DNA from: Octopus sinensis
Taxonomy: Eukaryota
Assembly (NCBI RefSeq): GCF_006345805.1
Contig: NC_043001.1
Coordinates: forward strand, 42,780,001 to 42,844,000
Length of the DNA: 64,000 nt
Direction of reading: 5' to 3'
Made by a program: the position numbers and the translations under genes. Below are positions 39,922 through 52,900 of this stretch, in pieces (the first letter of the stretch is position 1; each line of letters opens with the position of its first letter). Below the pieces are notes generated by a model, which had not been told where the DNA came from, searched no databases, and was given only the letters and a program-made list of their open reading frames with translations.

Positions 39922-39965
<44 letters not shown>

Positions 39966-42900
39966 CAACCGTATATTTATGTCCGTTTCACATGTTTACA
40001 TGTGTTGGACAGGTTGTCATGCTCCATGTTAGCTACAATTTAAAGTTACTACCCTTGTAGATAGGTTAGATGGCCATGTATCGCTTGTACCTTTCATTTT
40101 TGACTTGGTTTCTATGCTAGATCCCTTCTTATTGCCAACTACTTCACAGTGTTCTGGGTGCTTTTAACATGGCACTAAAACTAGAGAGGTTATGATGTCC
40201 TCTACATTACTAAAAATGTCCTTTCACTTCGACATTGCCTTTTCTTTTTTACCAACCATTTCACAGAGTGAACTGGATGCATATAGCTCGTGGTACAAGC
40301 ACTATTGAGATTGCATTGTACTCTGTGAGATTAATGAGTCCTCACTACTCTATGATGAATTTGTCTACTCAAGGTAAGGTGAATGGAAGAGCAGTAACAA
40401 CAGGTGAACAAAACACTCAAGTGAAGAGAACTGGAATATGATGGTAGAAACTGAGTGGGTGGGATGAAAGTGTGATAGAGGGGATGAGAGAGTGATAGAT
40501 AGTAATAGAAGTAGATAAAAAGTAAAAGGGTGTGATAGTTGTCAATAACAAGAGGTTTAGGAGAGAGGGTGTGGTAACTGGTAGTTATAGAAAGGGAGGT
40601 GGTAAATGTATTGAGGGTAAACAAATCCATTGCAATCCCTTATACAGTGATCTCGTGAGAGTGGGGAGTGATAAGGATGATAAGGGATTATTGAATTCGA
40701 GTAGATCCAATATTGTTCCTTATTGCATGGCAATGTGCTTTGGTGAATAGGAGAGAGGGTGAGTGTTTGAGTGAAGAGAGTATTAGACAGGAAGCATAGT
40801 ACAGGATGTAGGGAGAGATCCATTGCCATCTTTAGTTAGACTGACAGCATAGCATAGCAAATAGACGAGAGGGTATCAAAGAACTGGGGAGACAGATGTA
40901 GACTCGACAGGGGTATATTGGATGAGAGATCCAAATGTGGATATAGATACAATATGCATCCCAGCCTCCCTCACTATCATTATTTTTAACTGTTGTTTCA
41001 CCATGCTTGCTTTGTGGACAAGCCTTTGCCAGCATGATAAATGGATGCTAAATGATGATGATGAAGTCCCCCTGAGCTTTGTGACAGTTATATCAGGAGC
41101 GATCAAAATGCTATAAAACCCTAATTGCTTCTTCCTTTGTGTGGTAGACTTAATTTGTCACCTGTTTCAATACCAGCAGTTGGCTTTTAGTCAAATCCAC
41201 TATATTGCAAGCATTTGGACCAGGTCTCTTATCTGAGGATAGTCTGATATGTTGCTGCACTGATTGTCTACATGAATCAGCAGACATCAGGCATGAAGAG
41301 CTTTGAACTCAGAACCTGGAATCTTTTGTTCAAGCATAGTGTACTTAGGATCACATTATTCTTCTTTTTTCCATTTTTCAGAATAGGAGGATGGGATTTG
41401 AGGGAGATTTAACTACTAATTCTAATTGTAGAGGCTCTTCTAGTCATGGTTCATAGGTGCTAAGTACAAATTTTGTTAAGTTTGGGTAGATAGAAATGAA
41501 AGTCATATTCTTGAAAGGATAAAAAAAATAACTATTGTTCATTATACACTCTTGTTATTAGTATAATAAACAAACAACATTATCATTTTAATGCTCATTT
41601 CCTTTGTAGTATGTATTAAATATACTCAAATACACATGGCACATTTTTCACAGTGTACAGTATTTATGAAAAGCAAATCTCTCTTCATTCCATTTATTGA
41701 TCCTTAATTTACTTTTCCACTCATGCTCCAAACAAAGATACAGAAATGGTTGTGCACAACTATAAAAGGTCTGCTGAACAGAATGTATCACTTGGCATAC
41801 CAGTGAGTAATTTTTATTTCTACTGATATTTATATTCATCATCACCATCATCATCATCATGTCCACTTTTCCATGCTTGTGTGGGTTGAATAGAGCTTAT
41901 TGAAGCAGACTTTCTATGGCTGGATACCCTTCCTGCTGCCAACTCTCACCTGTTTCCAAGATAATATTTACCTTAAGGCTAGACATGTTTGCAAAGAATA
42001 TTGCAAAATGATGATATTGCCGGGATGACAGTGGCACTTACAACTGGCACACAATGTTAAGACAAGGAGATACAAATATACACACATTCACACTTGCAAA
42101 CACACACATTCAAGTGATGGGCTATTTCTGTTTCTGACTACCAAATCCACTCACAAAGCTTTGATTGACCCAAGCTATAGTAGAAAACGCCCAAGGTGCC
42201 ATGCAGTGGGGCTGAACCTGAAACCATGTGGTTGGGAAGCAAACCTCTTACCACACACCTTGATCTTTTGTTATGCTTAAGTTGTTCAGAACCTTGCTAC
42301 TGATATTATGATGTACTTATTGCTCAGTTGTGCTGGTCAACCTTTTCTTCACATTTTCCTGCAAGGAGGAGTGACCAAGCCTTTTTTGCACGCTTATTCA
42401 GACTATTAAGGTCAAGTAGGTTTACATTCAGCTTGAATTTCTTCAGGTTTATAGCAGAGTGGGAGACATGAAACACAATGGCTGCAGTAAGGGTTTCAGT
42501 GTATTTTAAAGAAAATATAACCTCTTTTCATTGTCTTATGATTTAGAGGAAATACTTTCTTGAGTATATGGAAACTTTTGTTTGAGAAATTATTATTGGT
42601 GATATTGTTGTTGTTTCCTTTTATTTGATACACTTTTCTCTCTAATTTTTGATTGTATATCATTGTAATATTTCTTTTTCTTTGTATTACATATAATTTA
42701 TAGCCTGAAGAAGATGATCGGACTGTTGTTGCAAGTGCTGGAATTCCTGCTGACAATACTTTGAACCTTAAAGATGAGGTATATAGAAATAATTCATTAC
42801 AAAACTAAATTTCAACACACTTTATATAAAATTTCTTATGCAAAGATCCTAAATGTGTGTGTGTTTACACCAGCGTTCATGATATTTCTTTCATTCTTGA

Positions 42901-45900
42901 CCCTGCAAACTACCTCTTATTAATATGCAAATCACATACATCAATTTTTCTCTGAAACATATAACATCCAACTCCTATCTTTTCCTATCCAGGCAACATC
43001 AGTTCCAAATTTTTTCTGAAAAGGTGTAATTTGTTATTTAAAATCTACTGTTTCTATCACTTGCAGCTATTTTTGGTGAAAGTTTCATCCCCTGATTATC
43101 TTAAATTTACTGACTTTATTATTTTAAATGTCTTTTAGTGACCACCTACAGCTTCTGTGTTGCCAATTCCTTCAGTGTTTTATTTTGAATGCTTAACCTT
43201 TGTGGTTATTTCTTGAGAACTTTAACAAAAAAAAAATATTAATTATCTTAATATCAGATGAACACATTTAGAATTGACCATATTTAGCATGAGATTTTTC
43301 TGCCTTTGGGTTCCATCAATTTTTCATATCTAAATTTTCCCAGCAGAGAGTGTATTGACTAGAAGCTGTCCAAGTCACAATCTTTGAATGCTGGTATACT
43401 TGGCAAACTGGCAAAATCATCAACGTGACACACACAATACTTAGTAGCATTTTTTCCAGTTTTTTAGGTTCTGAGTTCAAATCCCACTAAAGTCAACTTT
43501 GCCTTTCATCTATTTGGGGTTGATGTAATTGATTTTCCCTCTTCCCTCAAAATTGCTGGCCTTGTGCCAAAATTACAAAGAATACTGTCACTTCTAATTA
43601 AACATATTTCTGTGCAAATGATGCCACAATTCCACCCTTCACTTCTCCATAATCTTGTCTATACAAACATCATCCAGAACTAATTTTGTTTGCAACACTT
43701 CTATGACCAATGAACTTCAAAGGTTGTTATTGTCAATGGAGGCATAATAGCATCTAAAATATATAAAAGAATTCACCAATTTTCAAAAATTGGAAGCCCA
43801 ACCATCTTTCCAACATACCATCTCTTTTCTCTCTTTCTTCTGTTATTGTGACAGTTCCTACTCTTCTGAGCTATCAAGTTGTGTATTTCTCTTGCCCACT
43901 CCTACTTAAATGCACCAACCTGTTCTTTTCTTGTCATTCTCACTGTGTCTTACACTAGAAACCTCATATTAAATGATTGGCTAATTCTTCCTACTCACAA
44001 TTATAATTTACAAGAAAGTGAGTATGAGAAAGTATGGACAGAAGATTAGGATGGGTGGGTGATAAGTTCATTAGGGTGTGAGAGTAGAGCAACGGATGTT
44101 TCTGCTAAATATTTATTGTCTAAAATATTGTTTGAAAATTATTATTTGTAAGAAATGTATGTATTTTGAAGTTTTTTCTTGTGATAATATTTGGAAACCA
44201 AGCTTTTGACTGGCTTGATATAAATTGATATATTCTGTTATATTTCTTTATTATAGGTGTTATCCTTTGAAATAAATTGCCCTAACTGCAATGCGATGTG
44301 TTCTACTAACATGAAATTAATCAGTATCCTTTTATTTTAATAAAATTTGATTAAATATTTCCTTTTCTACATTTGCTAGATAGCTAAAATTTATTAAGTA
44401 GGATATATTTTACTAAATAAATATCATGTTTTATTCTGGTGATGAGTTGCATTTTAGAATAAAGGCTAATGCATGAATTAATAATTTTTTCTAAACATTG
44501 CAAAATATTATAGAGAAAAGTGAAAAAATGAAAAGAAAAGAAAAGAAAAAATAAAGTAAAACAAATATGGCATTAATAGAAACAACAGCTAAAAAGCAAA
44601 ACATATTTTTCTGAGCCTTACAACTTTCTTTTGGAATGATAGTTATTAAAAGGATTGTTGATAAAAATGGTTTTGTAATCTGTCAATATAAATTATGCAC
44701 ACACATACATATATACATATACATATATACACACATATATAGAAACTCACATATTGATAGTGTTGAAGAAGCTATTACAACTTTTACAAATTAAAAATCT
44801 TTCTCTGAAATAAATAACTGCCATTTGTTAATGTCATCACCTTAACTGTACTAGATATTCCTCACTTTAAAGAGGTAGTTATAATGGCTACATCTTGTGA
44901 ACAATGTGGCCATCGTGATAATGAAGTTAAAAGTAGTGGTGCCATAGAACCAAAAGGGAAACATTTGGATTTGAGAATACGAACAATTACTGATCTGTCT
45001 CGAGATGTCTTGAAGGTATACATTTTCTTTGGTTTTTTAAGTACTTTTTTTAGTTTTCTTAGTGTAATTTTGAAAATTTATTCTCGTTCATTGATTGAAA
45101 TTAATTTTTATCAGTCTTTTAATTTTATTCTAACACTCTGAAAATGTTGGCTGTAACATTTTGTATGAAAATGAATTTAGAAATTTCCTCTTTAGATAAC
45201 TATTTTCTGACATCACTTTTAATATAGTTATCCTAGTTTATTGAAACATTTAATCATGTAAATGAGTTATGACATGTTTTCAAATATACAAAATTGTTTT
45301 ACATGATGATAATTCAAAATATGTTTGCCAATCATTGCATCATTAACTAATGATGAATTTCTTTGGTCTATTACAGAGTGAAACCAGCAGCATTTCTATT
45401 CCAGAGCTTGAACTTGAAGCTATGATGGGTTCCTTAGGAGGAAAGTTTACAACAGTTGAAGGTTTACTTAGTGATATAAATGACTCAGTAAGTCAAAGGA
45501 ATTTTGTTTTAATTTTACCAAATGTAGGCTGAAAAATGATTTACAATGAAAGAAATGAAAGTTTTTTTTTTTTAACCACTAAATCAAAAGTCAGCCAATT
45601 TAAGAATATTGATGTTGATTATAAATCTGTCCTTACGTAATAAATAATCACTGTACAAAAGTGTTTTGGTGCGTCTGATATCTGAGCAGGAGGTCAAGGG
45701 TTCAGATCTTCAGGCCCCTGGTCCATCCTGTCTTGCTCTATAATTCAGGAGCTACATGAACTCCTTTGGTGCCAGGATGCTTCATAAGATTTATGGGTTG
45801 CCATTGGTTGGATTTCCTATCCAACCAAAGGTTATACTTAGAAACTAGAATGCATCATGTTACTTGTATGATTCAGGAGCGTTGGCTCAGACTGTTTGGT

Positions 45901-46937
45901 CATGTTGCTCCATTTTCTGAGTTTGATCCTGTGTATCATGTTCTCTTGAGGATCTGGCCACGGTGATGGCTCATGTTGGTCAGTCACATGCCACATGGTT
46001 ATGACTGATAAAGGAGTATCTCATATAGATGGGGACTGACTGGGATACTGCTCAAAGAGTTGCTTGTGGCAATTTGAGCAAATACCGATAAATGGTAGAT
46101 GCAGTGATGTACTGCAATGGTTCATGCCCCCAAACCTGACTTGATCTGACCTAATTTGAATTTTGAAAGATTTTTATTTAAAAAATATAGAAATTATGTA
46201 TAGACTGTATTTCATTTGTCTGTTATTTTTTTTTATGACTACTTGTTGAAACTAATTATTAGTGTGATGTTTTAAAACTTAAACCTTTCTTACAGTGGAT
46301 TATACTAGATGGACATAAGCATAATTTTCTTTAGAAAATATTAGAATATTTAAGGAAAGAAAGAAAACAAAACTAATTTAATTCTTATCTGAATTTTTTT
46401 GTGTGGATTTTCTTGTAATCAAAAATATCATTAACCAAGCAATTTTTATGAGAAGAATTTTCCAAAACTTCATTACTTTTCACAAAGCTAACATGGGTTA
46501 GACAGAATTCATTGACACAGATTTTCTGTGATAAGGCCATCAGGTAAGGCTAAGATGCCTTACCTATTGCAAAATTTCATATTTCCAAGCAAGGTAATAT
46601 ATATTTTCTCATGATGAGATGTGGTTTCACAGAAGATTGGAAAAAAATGACATTGCTTGTATAATGGTGATGCTCATTTACAACTATTGTGTAATACCAA
46701 AACTGGGACACAAATGATGATGATGGTATATGTGTGTGTGAGTATGTATATATATTTACACACACACACACAGACACACACACACATACTTATAAAGGCA
46801 GAGGTATGGCTATGAGGTAAGAAGCTTGCTTCTCAACCACATGGTTCCAGGTTCAGTCTCTCTCTGTAGCACCTTGGGTAACTGTCCTCTATTTTCCTTG
46901 TGAGTGGATTTGGTAGATGGAAACTGAAAGAAGCCTG

Positions 46938-46993
<56 letters not shown>

Positions 46994-49900
46994 TCATCGT
47001 CGTTTAACGTCTGTTCTCCATGCTAGCATGGGTTGGACGGTTCGACCGGGGTTCTGGGAAGCCAGAAGGCTGCACCAGGCTCCAGTCTAATCTGGCAATG
47101 TTTCTACAGCTGGATGCCCTTCCTAACGCCAACCACTCCATGAGTGTAGTGGGTGCTTTTTACGTGCCACCTGCATAGGTGCCAGGCGGGGCTGGCAACG
47201 GCCACGGTCAGATTGGTGTATTTTATGTGCCACCGGCACGGAAGCCAGTCGAGGCGGTGCTAGCATCAGCCACGAGTCGGATAGTGCTTTTTACGTACCA
47301 CCAGACCAGGGATCCTGGCTGGTTCAATTCGATTTCGATTTCGCTTGCCCCAACATGTCTTCACAAGCAAAGGGGGTTGGCATGGGTGCCTGTCGTACGG
47401 TCGCATTGGAGTATTTTACGTGCCACGGCCACGAGTCGGATAGTGCTTTTTACGTACCACCAGACCAGGGATCCTGGCTGGTTCAATTCGATTTCGATTT
47501 CGCTTGCCCCATGTCTTCACAAGCAAAGGGGGTTGGCATGGGTGCCTGTCGTACGGTCGCATTGGAGTATTTTACGTGCCACGGCCACGAGTCGGATAGT
47601 GCTTTTTACGTACCACCAGGCCAGGGATCCTGGCTGGTTCAATTCGGTTTCGATTTCGATTTCGCTTGCCCCAACATGTCTTCGCAAACATGGGGGGTTG
47701 GCATGGGTGTCTGTCGTCGGATGAGGTTCTATATCGACTTCGCTTGCCTCAACCGGTCTTTGTGTCCAAGGGAGGAAAGGCATTCATAAGTGGGCTGGGC
47801 TCACTTGTCCTACCTGGTCTTCTCACGTACAGAATATTTCCAAAGGTCTCGGTCTCTGGTCATTTCCTCAGTGAGGCCTAAAGTTCGAAGGTCGTGCTTC
47901 ACCACCTCGTCCCAGGTTTTCCTGGGTCTACCTCTTCCACGGGTTCCCTCAACTGCTAGGAATTGGCACTTTCTCACACACCTTCATCCATTCTCGCCAC
48001 ATGACCATACCAGCGCAATCGTCTCTCTTGCACACCACAACTGATGCTTGTTAGGTACAATATTTCTCTCAAGGTGCTAACGCTCTGTCGAGTATGTACA
48101 CTGACATTACACATCCATCGGAGCATACTGGCTTCATTCCTCACGAGCTTACGCATGTCCTCAGCAGTCACGGCCCATGTTTCGCTGCCATGTAGCATGG
48201 CTGTTCGTACACACGCATCATACAGTCTGCCTTTTACTCTGAGCGAGAGGCCTTTAGTCACCAGCAGAGGTAAGAGCTCCCTAAACTTTGCCCAGGCTAT
48301 TCTTATTCTAGCAGTTACACTTTCAGCGCACCCACCCCCACTACTGACTTGGTCACCTAGATAACGGAAGCTATATATATATATATAAATATGTTTATAT
48401 GTGTGTGTGTGTGTCTGTTTCCTCCACTACCACTTGGCAACCAGTGTTAGTGTTTATATCTCCATAACTTAGTGGTTTGGCAAAAGTGACCAATAGAATA
48501 AATGCCAAGCTTTAAAGAAATATAAGTACTTGGGTTGATTCATTTGTTCAACTAAAAATTCTTCAAGGCTATGCCTCAGTATAGCCACAATCTAATGACT
48601 GAATAAGATAAAAGAGAAAATATGTATATATATACACACACCTTATGCCTTCAGATTCACCACTCTATTGATGTTGTTGATAATTTGCATAATGGAAATA
48701 TATATATATATATATTGATGTTGTTGATAATTTGCATAATGGAAATATATATATATATATGCAATTATTAAGCAATTAACACCATTCTTTGTATTTATTG
48801 CTAAACACCGGAGTTGGTGATTTGATGGAATTATATAATTTTCAACAAACAATTATGTAATCCTGGCAATTAATTTGACAAAATACATCTATGCTTCATA
48901 AAACAAAGCAAATATGTTTTCTGTATTTTATTAATACGCACACTCACACACATTTGTAATTGTATGCAGTTATCCACTTAAACATAAATTCATGAATATT
49001 TCTCTTTTACTCTGAAGCTGTCAAAGAACAATCCCTTTTGCTTTGGCGACTCTGCTGAGGAAGAAACAAAAGCAAAAATGAATGAATTCAGTAATAACAT
49101 TTCCCAAGTAAGTTTTAATTTTTACTAATTGACCTATATTTTTGTGAACGTTCTATTAATGAAAAGTTTCTGTTCAGTAAGACATATTAAAAAACTTAGG
49201 CCTGTTAAATTGTAAGAAATGTCTCCATCTCTAGACAACTGGTAACTGAAGTAAACCTCTTTCTAGCTTTAAAGTAAGATAGAAGCAGTTTATAATGGTG
49301 AAAATTTTATGACTGTTTTACTATTTGCTTTAAGTAAATGAAAATTGAAAGCTATTATCTGTTATCCTTTGCTATCAAATTAATGCTTATAATACTTTTA
49401 TTCCCTTATTAGTTTTAGTCATGAAACTGGGGCATTGCCTTTTATTGTCAATTACACTCTTTGAGAGTGTGTACTGTGTATTGTGGGTTCATGAATAGGA
49501 GCATGTAGTGTTGTGAGATTGTTTTCTTGCTATGCACAGTCACTGTGTTTTGGTGCTGTTAAAGAGATTAAGTTGCCATATATCTTTTAGAGTGCATATC
49601 TGACATATAAGTTATTAATTGAATGAATAGGTCCCAACCACAGATTTATTGTTTAAGATATGATTTTTCGAAGTGAACCATACTGTTTGCTCTAACATTC
49701 AGTGGTTTATTATATAGAGTACAGTGTGGCATTTTGGGTGTGTAGTTTTTTGTTTTTTTTATCTAATCTGCTTTTAAGTTCTAGTGATAGAAGCTTGGTT
49801 TAGATAGTCCTGGTCAGTTCACAACATCAGTTGTTTGCATCATTGTACAAAGTTTAATGTTATTAGTTTACAGGCTCAAAGAAATTGCCTTTCTTGTAGA

Positions 49901-52900
49901 AGATAGGAGCTAGATCAAGTGTGCACTGTTTTTTTTATGGGAATGGATTGAATGCTATCTGGACTACTTAGATTGGAGTGACTAGAAAAGAGTTTGTACT
50001 TGGCAGCTTTGTGCACTTAGAGGTGAAGTACATGGGACAGGGGAAGTGGCTGGAAAAAAGAGTTGAGGTGGAATTTTATTGTGTCTACAGTGTTGAAATG
50101 GAAGCAAAACATAATCAGCATAGGTGATTGCCTTTATTTACAGTTGTGTGTTACTTTTTGAGTCATTTTAGTTAAGAAGTCTTGAGGAAAGGGATAGAAC
50201 ACTTTTTCTAGCTTAATACAGATCCTGTTGCCAGTTACTTAAAATATTTGGGTTTAATTTGGAAAGAGTGTGAGAGAGAGAGAGCTTTTAGGCCTTTATT
50301 TCCTGATAATCATCTTGCAGACATTACACAGGTGTATGAGTACCTCCCAATTGGTGAAGATGGGTGATTTTCTCTAGGTGTTATTAGTGATGTTTATTGC
50401 CTGTGCAGCCGTTGCACAGTTTTGTGAGCAATTTAAGGTTTCTTTATTAGAGTAAAATGAAATTTTGATGGTTTCATTTTGGGTATTGTATTTTCTTGAA
50501 CCATAAAATAATTAAAAAATACTTTTTATTGACTTTTCATCCAATTTTTTGTTAGTAAGCAAAAATATAAAAAACAGTTTGAAAAAAATTTAACATCTGG
50601 TTACAGTCTAGAGAAAGAAACTCTAGTTTTATATTGTATCATACTGAAGTAAAAGTAATTTATTTGTGACAAAAAAAAAATTTTAATAATTCATATGTAA
50701 AATATTTCCTTTGATTTGTTCAATGATATTTGATGCATATTATCAAGTCATTAAGAATGAAATGTCCAATTTTGAAGTTCAAAATTTTACTTTATCTCAA
50801 TAAAAAGCAATGTAATTAATCAAAGTATGCACCTAAATTATCAACACAATTTTACCATTTTATCGGTAGCCTATTTGTGCCAGCAGTGAAGAATTCTGGG
50901 GAGAAAGAAGTGATGAAATCATGAAAGGCTGTTCTTGCATCTTTAGATTTGAATTTTTTTTCTTGCAAAAAGTTGTCTAATGCCTGGAAAACATGATAGT
51001 CAGTTGGTGCAAGGTCTGGTGAATATGGTGGATGACAGAGTACTTCCAAGTTCAATTCTTGTAACTTGAATAGCATTCTTTGTGCAACATGTGATTGAGC
51101 ATTGTCTTGCAAGAGAATTGGCCTGTATGTATTGACCAATCTCAGTTGTTTAATTGCATGTTCACTCATCATTTCATCCAATTGGTTGATGTATACATCC
51201 ACTGTAATTGACTTACCAGTTATCATGAAGCTGTAGTGGATGACACCAGTGCTGAACCACCAAACATACAGTATTTGCTTTTTTGATGAATATTCTTTTT
51301 TACATTGTGTTTTGGCACTCCATTTCTATCAAACCACTGTGCAGAATGCTTGCTAAGAATAATTTTTTCATCATACGTAACAATACAATGCAAAAATGGT
51401 TTGCTTTTATGCCATGACAGCAAAGAATAGCAAGTTTCAAGACAATATGTCATTTGATGCTTGTTTAGTTTGTGTGGTACCCACTTGTTCAGCTTCTTTA
51501 CCATGCCGATTTGTTTTAGATGATCCAATACAGTTGGAATCAAAACATCAAACCTTACTGCTAACTCACTACAGTTTCTAGCTCACCATTATCCATCTTG
51601 GTCTCAGGTCAACCATGGGACTGATTTTCAAGCGTAAAGTCACCAGACCAGAACTTCTCAAACCTTTGACATGCAGTGCACTCATTCGCCACATCTTCAC
51701 CAAACACCTCATTGATGTTTCAAGCTGTCTGGAATGCATTGGTTCCATGATGGAACTCAAATTCATAAACAACATGAATTTTTGATCTATCCCCAGGCTC
51801 ACAAAAATTGACTTACAAGAGAAAATTCACAATACAATCAGACACAATGAATTGCCTTTTGTAAAGTGATGTAACTCTTCAATGTTTAAAACAAAGAATT
51901 GTCAGGATTAAACATTAGAGTTAACGACTGTCAAACTTGATGCTTAAGAAAATTGGACATTTCATTTTAAATGATCTGATAGTTGGAAACTTATAAATTT
52001 TGCTTGTTTTACAGATTATATCAGGAGAAAAGCTTAATGTCCATTTGATCCTTGATGATCCTGCAGGCAATAGTTATATCCAGGTAAGCTAAAATAATTG
52101 TTAAATGTTACAGAATGATATAAGAACTTACATATTCTGAATGATATATATAACTACATTAAACGAAGAATGGGGACTGTTGGGGTTTGAAATAGACCTG
52201 ACTCAAGTTTGGCTCACAGGAAATGTAAAAACAGAATAAGTTTGTAAAACTATTTATTTGAAGTTGAAAGCTGTAGAGTTAATTTTTCTTTTGTATTTAG
52301 TGCATCTAGAAATCTAAGATTTGAAGAAAAATTTTTCATTAATATATTTGGCAGCTGACAGAATTGTTAGCATGTTGAACGAAATATTTATATGGCATTT
52401 CTTCTGGCTCTTTCAACTTCAGGCCTCACTGCTGATTGGCATGAAATCACTCACCAACATAATCCAACCTCTAATACTTATATGTGCTGTCTTCTCATTC
52501 TTTCTTTTTACCACTACTCCATCAGTCTCTAGTCTTCAGAGCTGCTTAGTGATCTTGTGTCACTTTCCTTTCTCTCTCTAAATGTACCACTGGTACAAAA
52601 TTATTTACAATTGCTGAACTAATGACTTATGGAAAGTTTTTTGTCTTTTCTTACATCCATTTTTCAATGTAAGCATGATTTAGATGAATGTATTATTGAG
52701 GCACATAGTTTTACAGCCAGATGCCCTTCATGTTGCTAATCCTTACAAGTTTCTCAAGTAAGGATGTCTTATTTCACACGTCTTTGTGGGCACAAAGCCA
52801 ACAAATAATTTATCAACAAGGAAAATGGCAACAACGTCACTTCTTGTAGCTCACAGTATTTAATATTCAGAGAGAATATGTAAACACACACATGCACACT

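Noticed and set aside
47179-47789. 181-aa and 144-aa ORFs with internal repeats
   Set aside because: Produced by the tandem ~159-bp duplication in a LINE UTR; no splice or homology support.
48667-48760. Two-copy ~47-bp tandem duplication ending in (TA)n
   Set aside because: Ordinary slippage next to a microsatellite.
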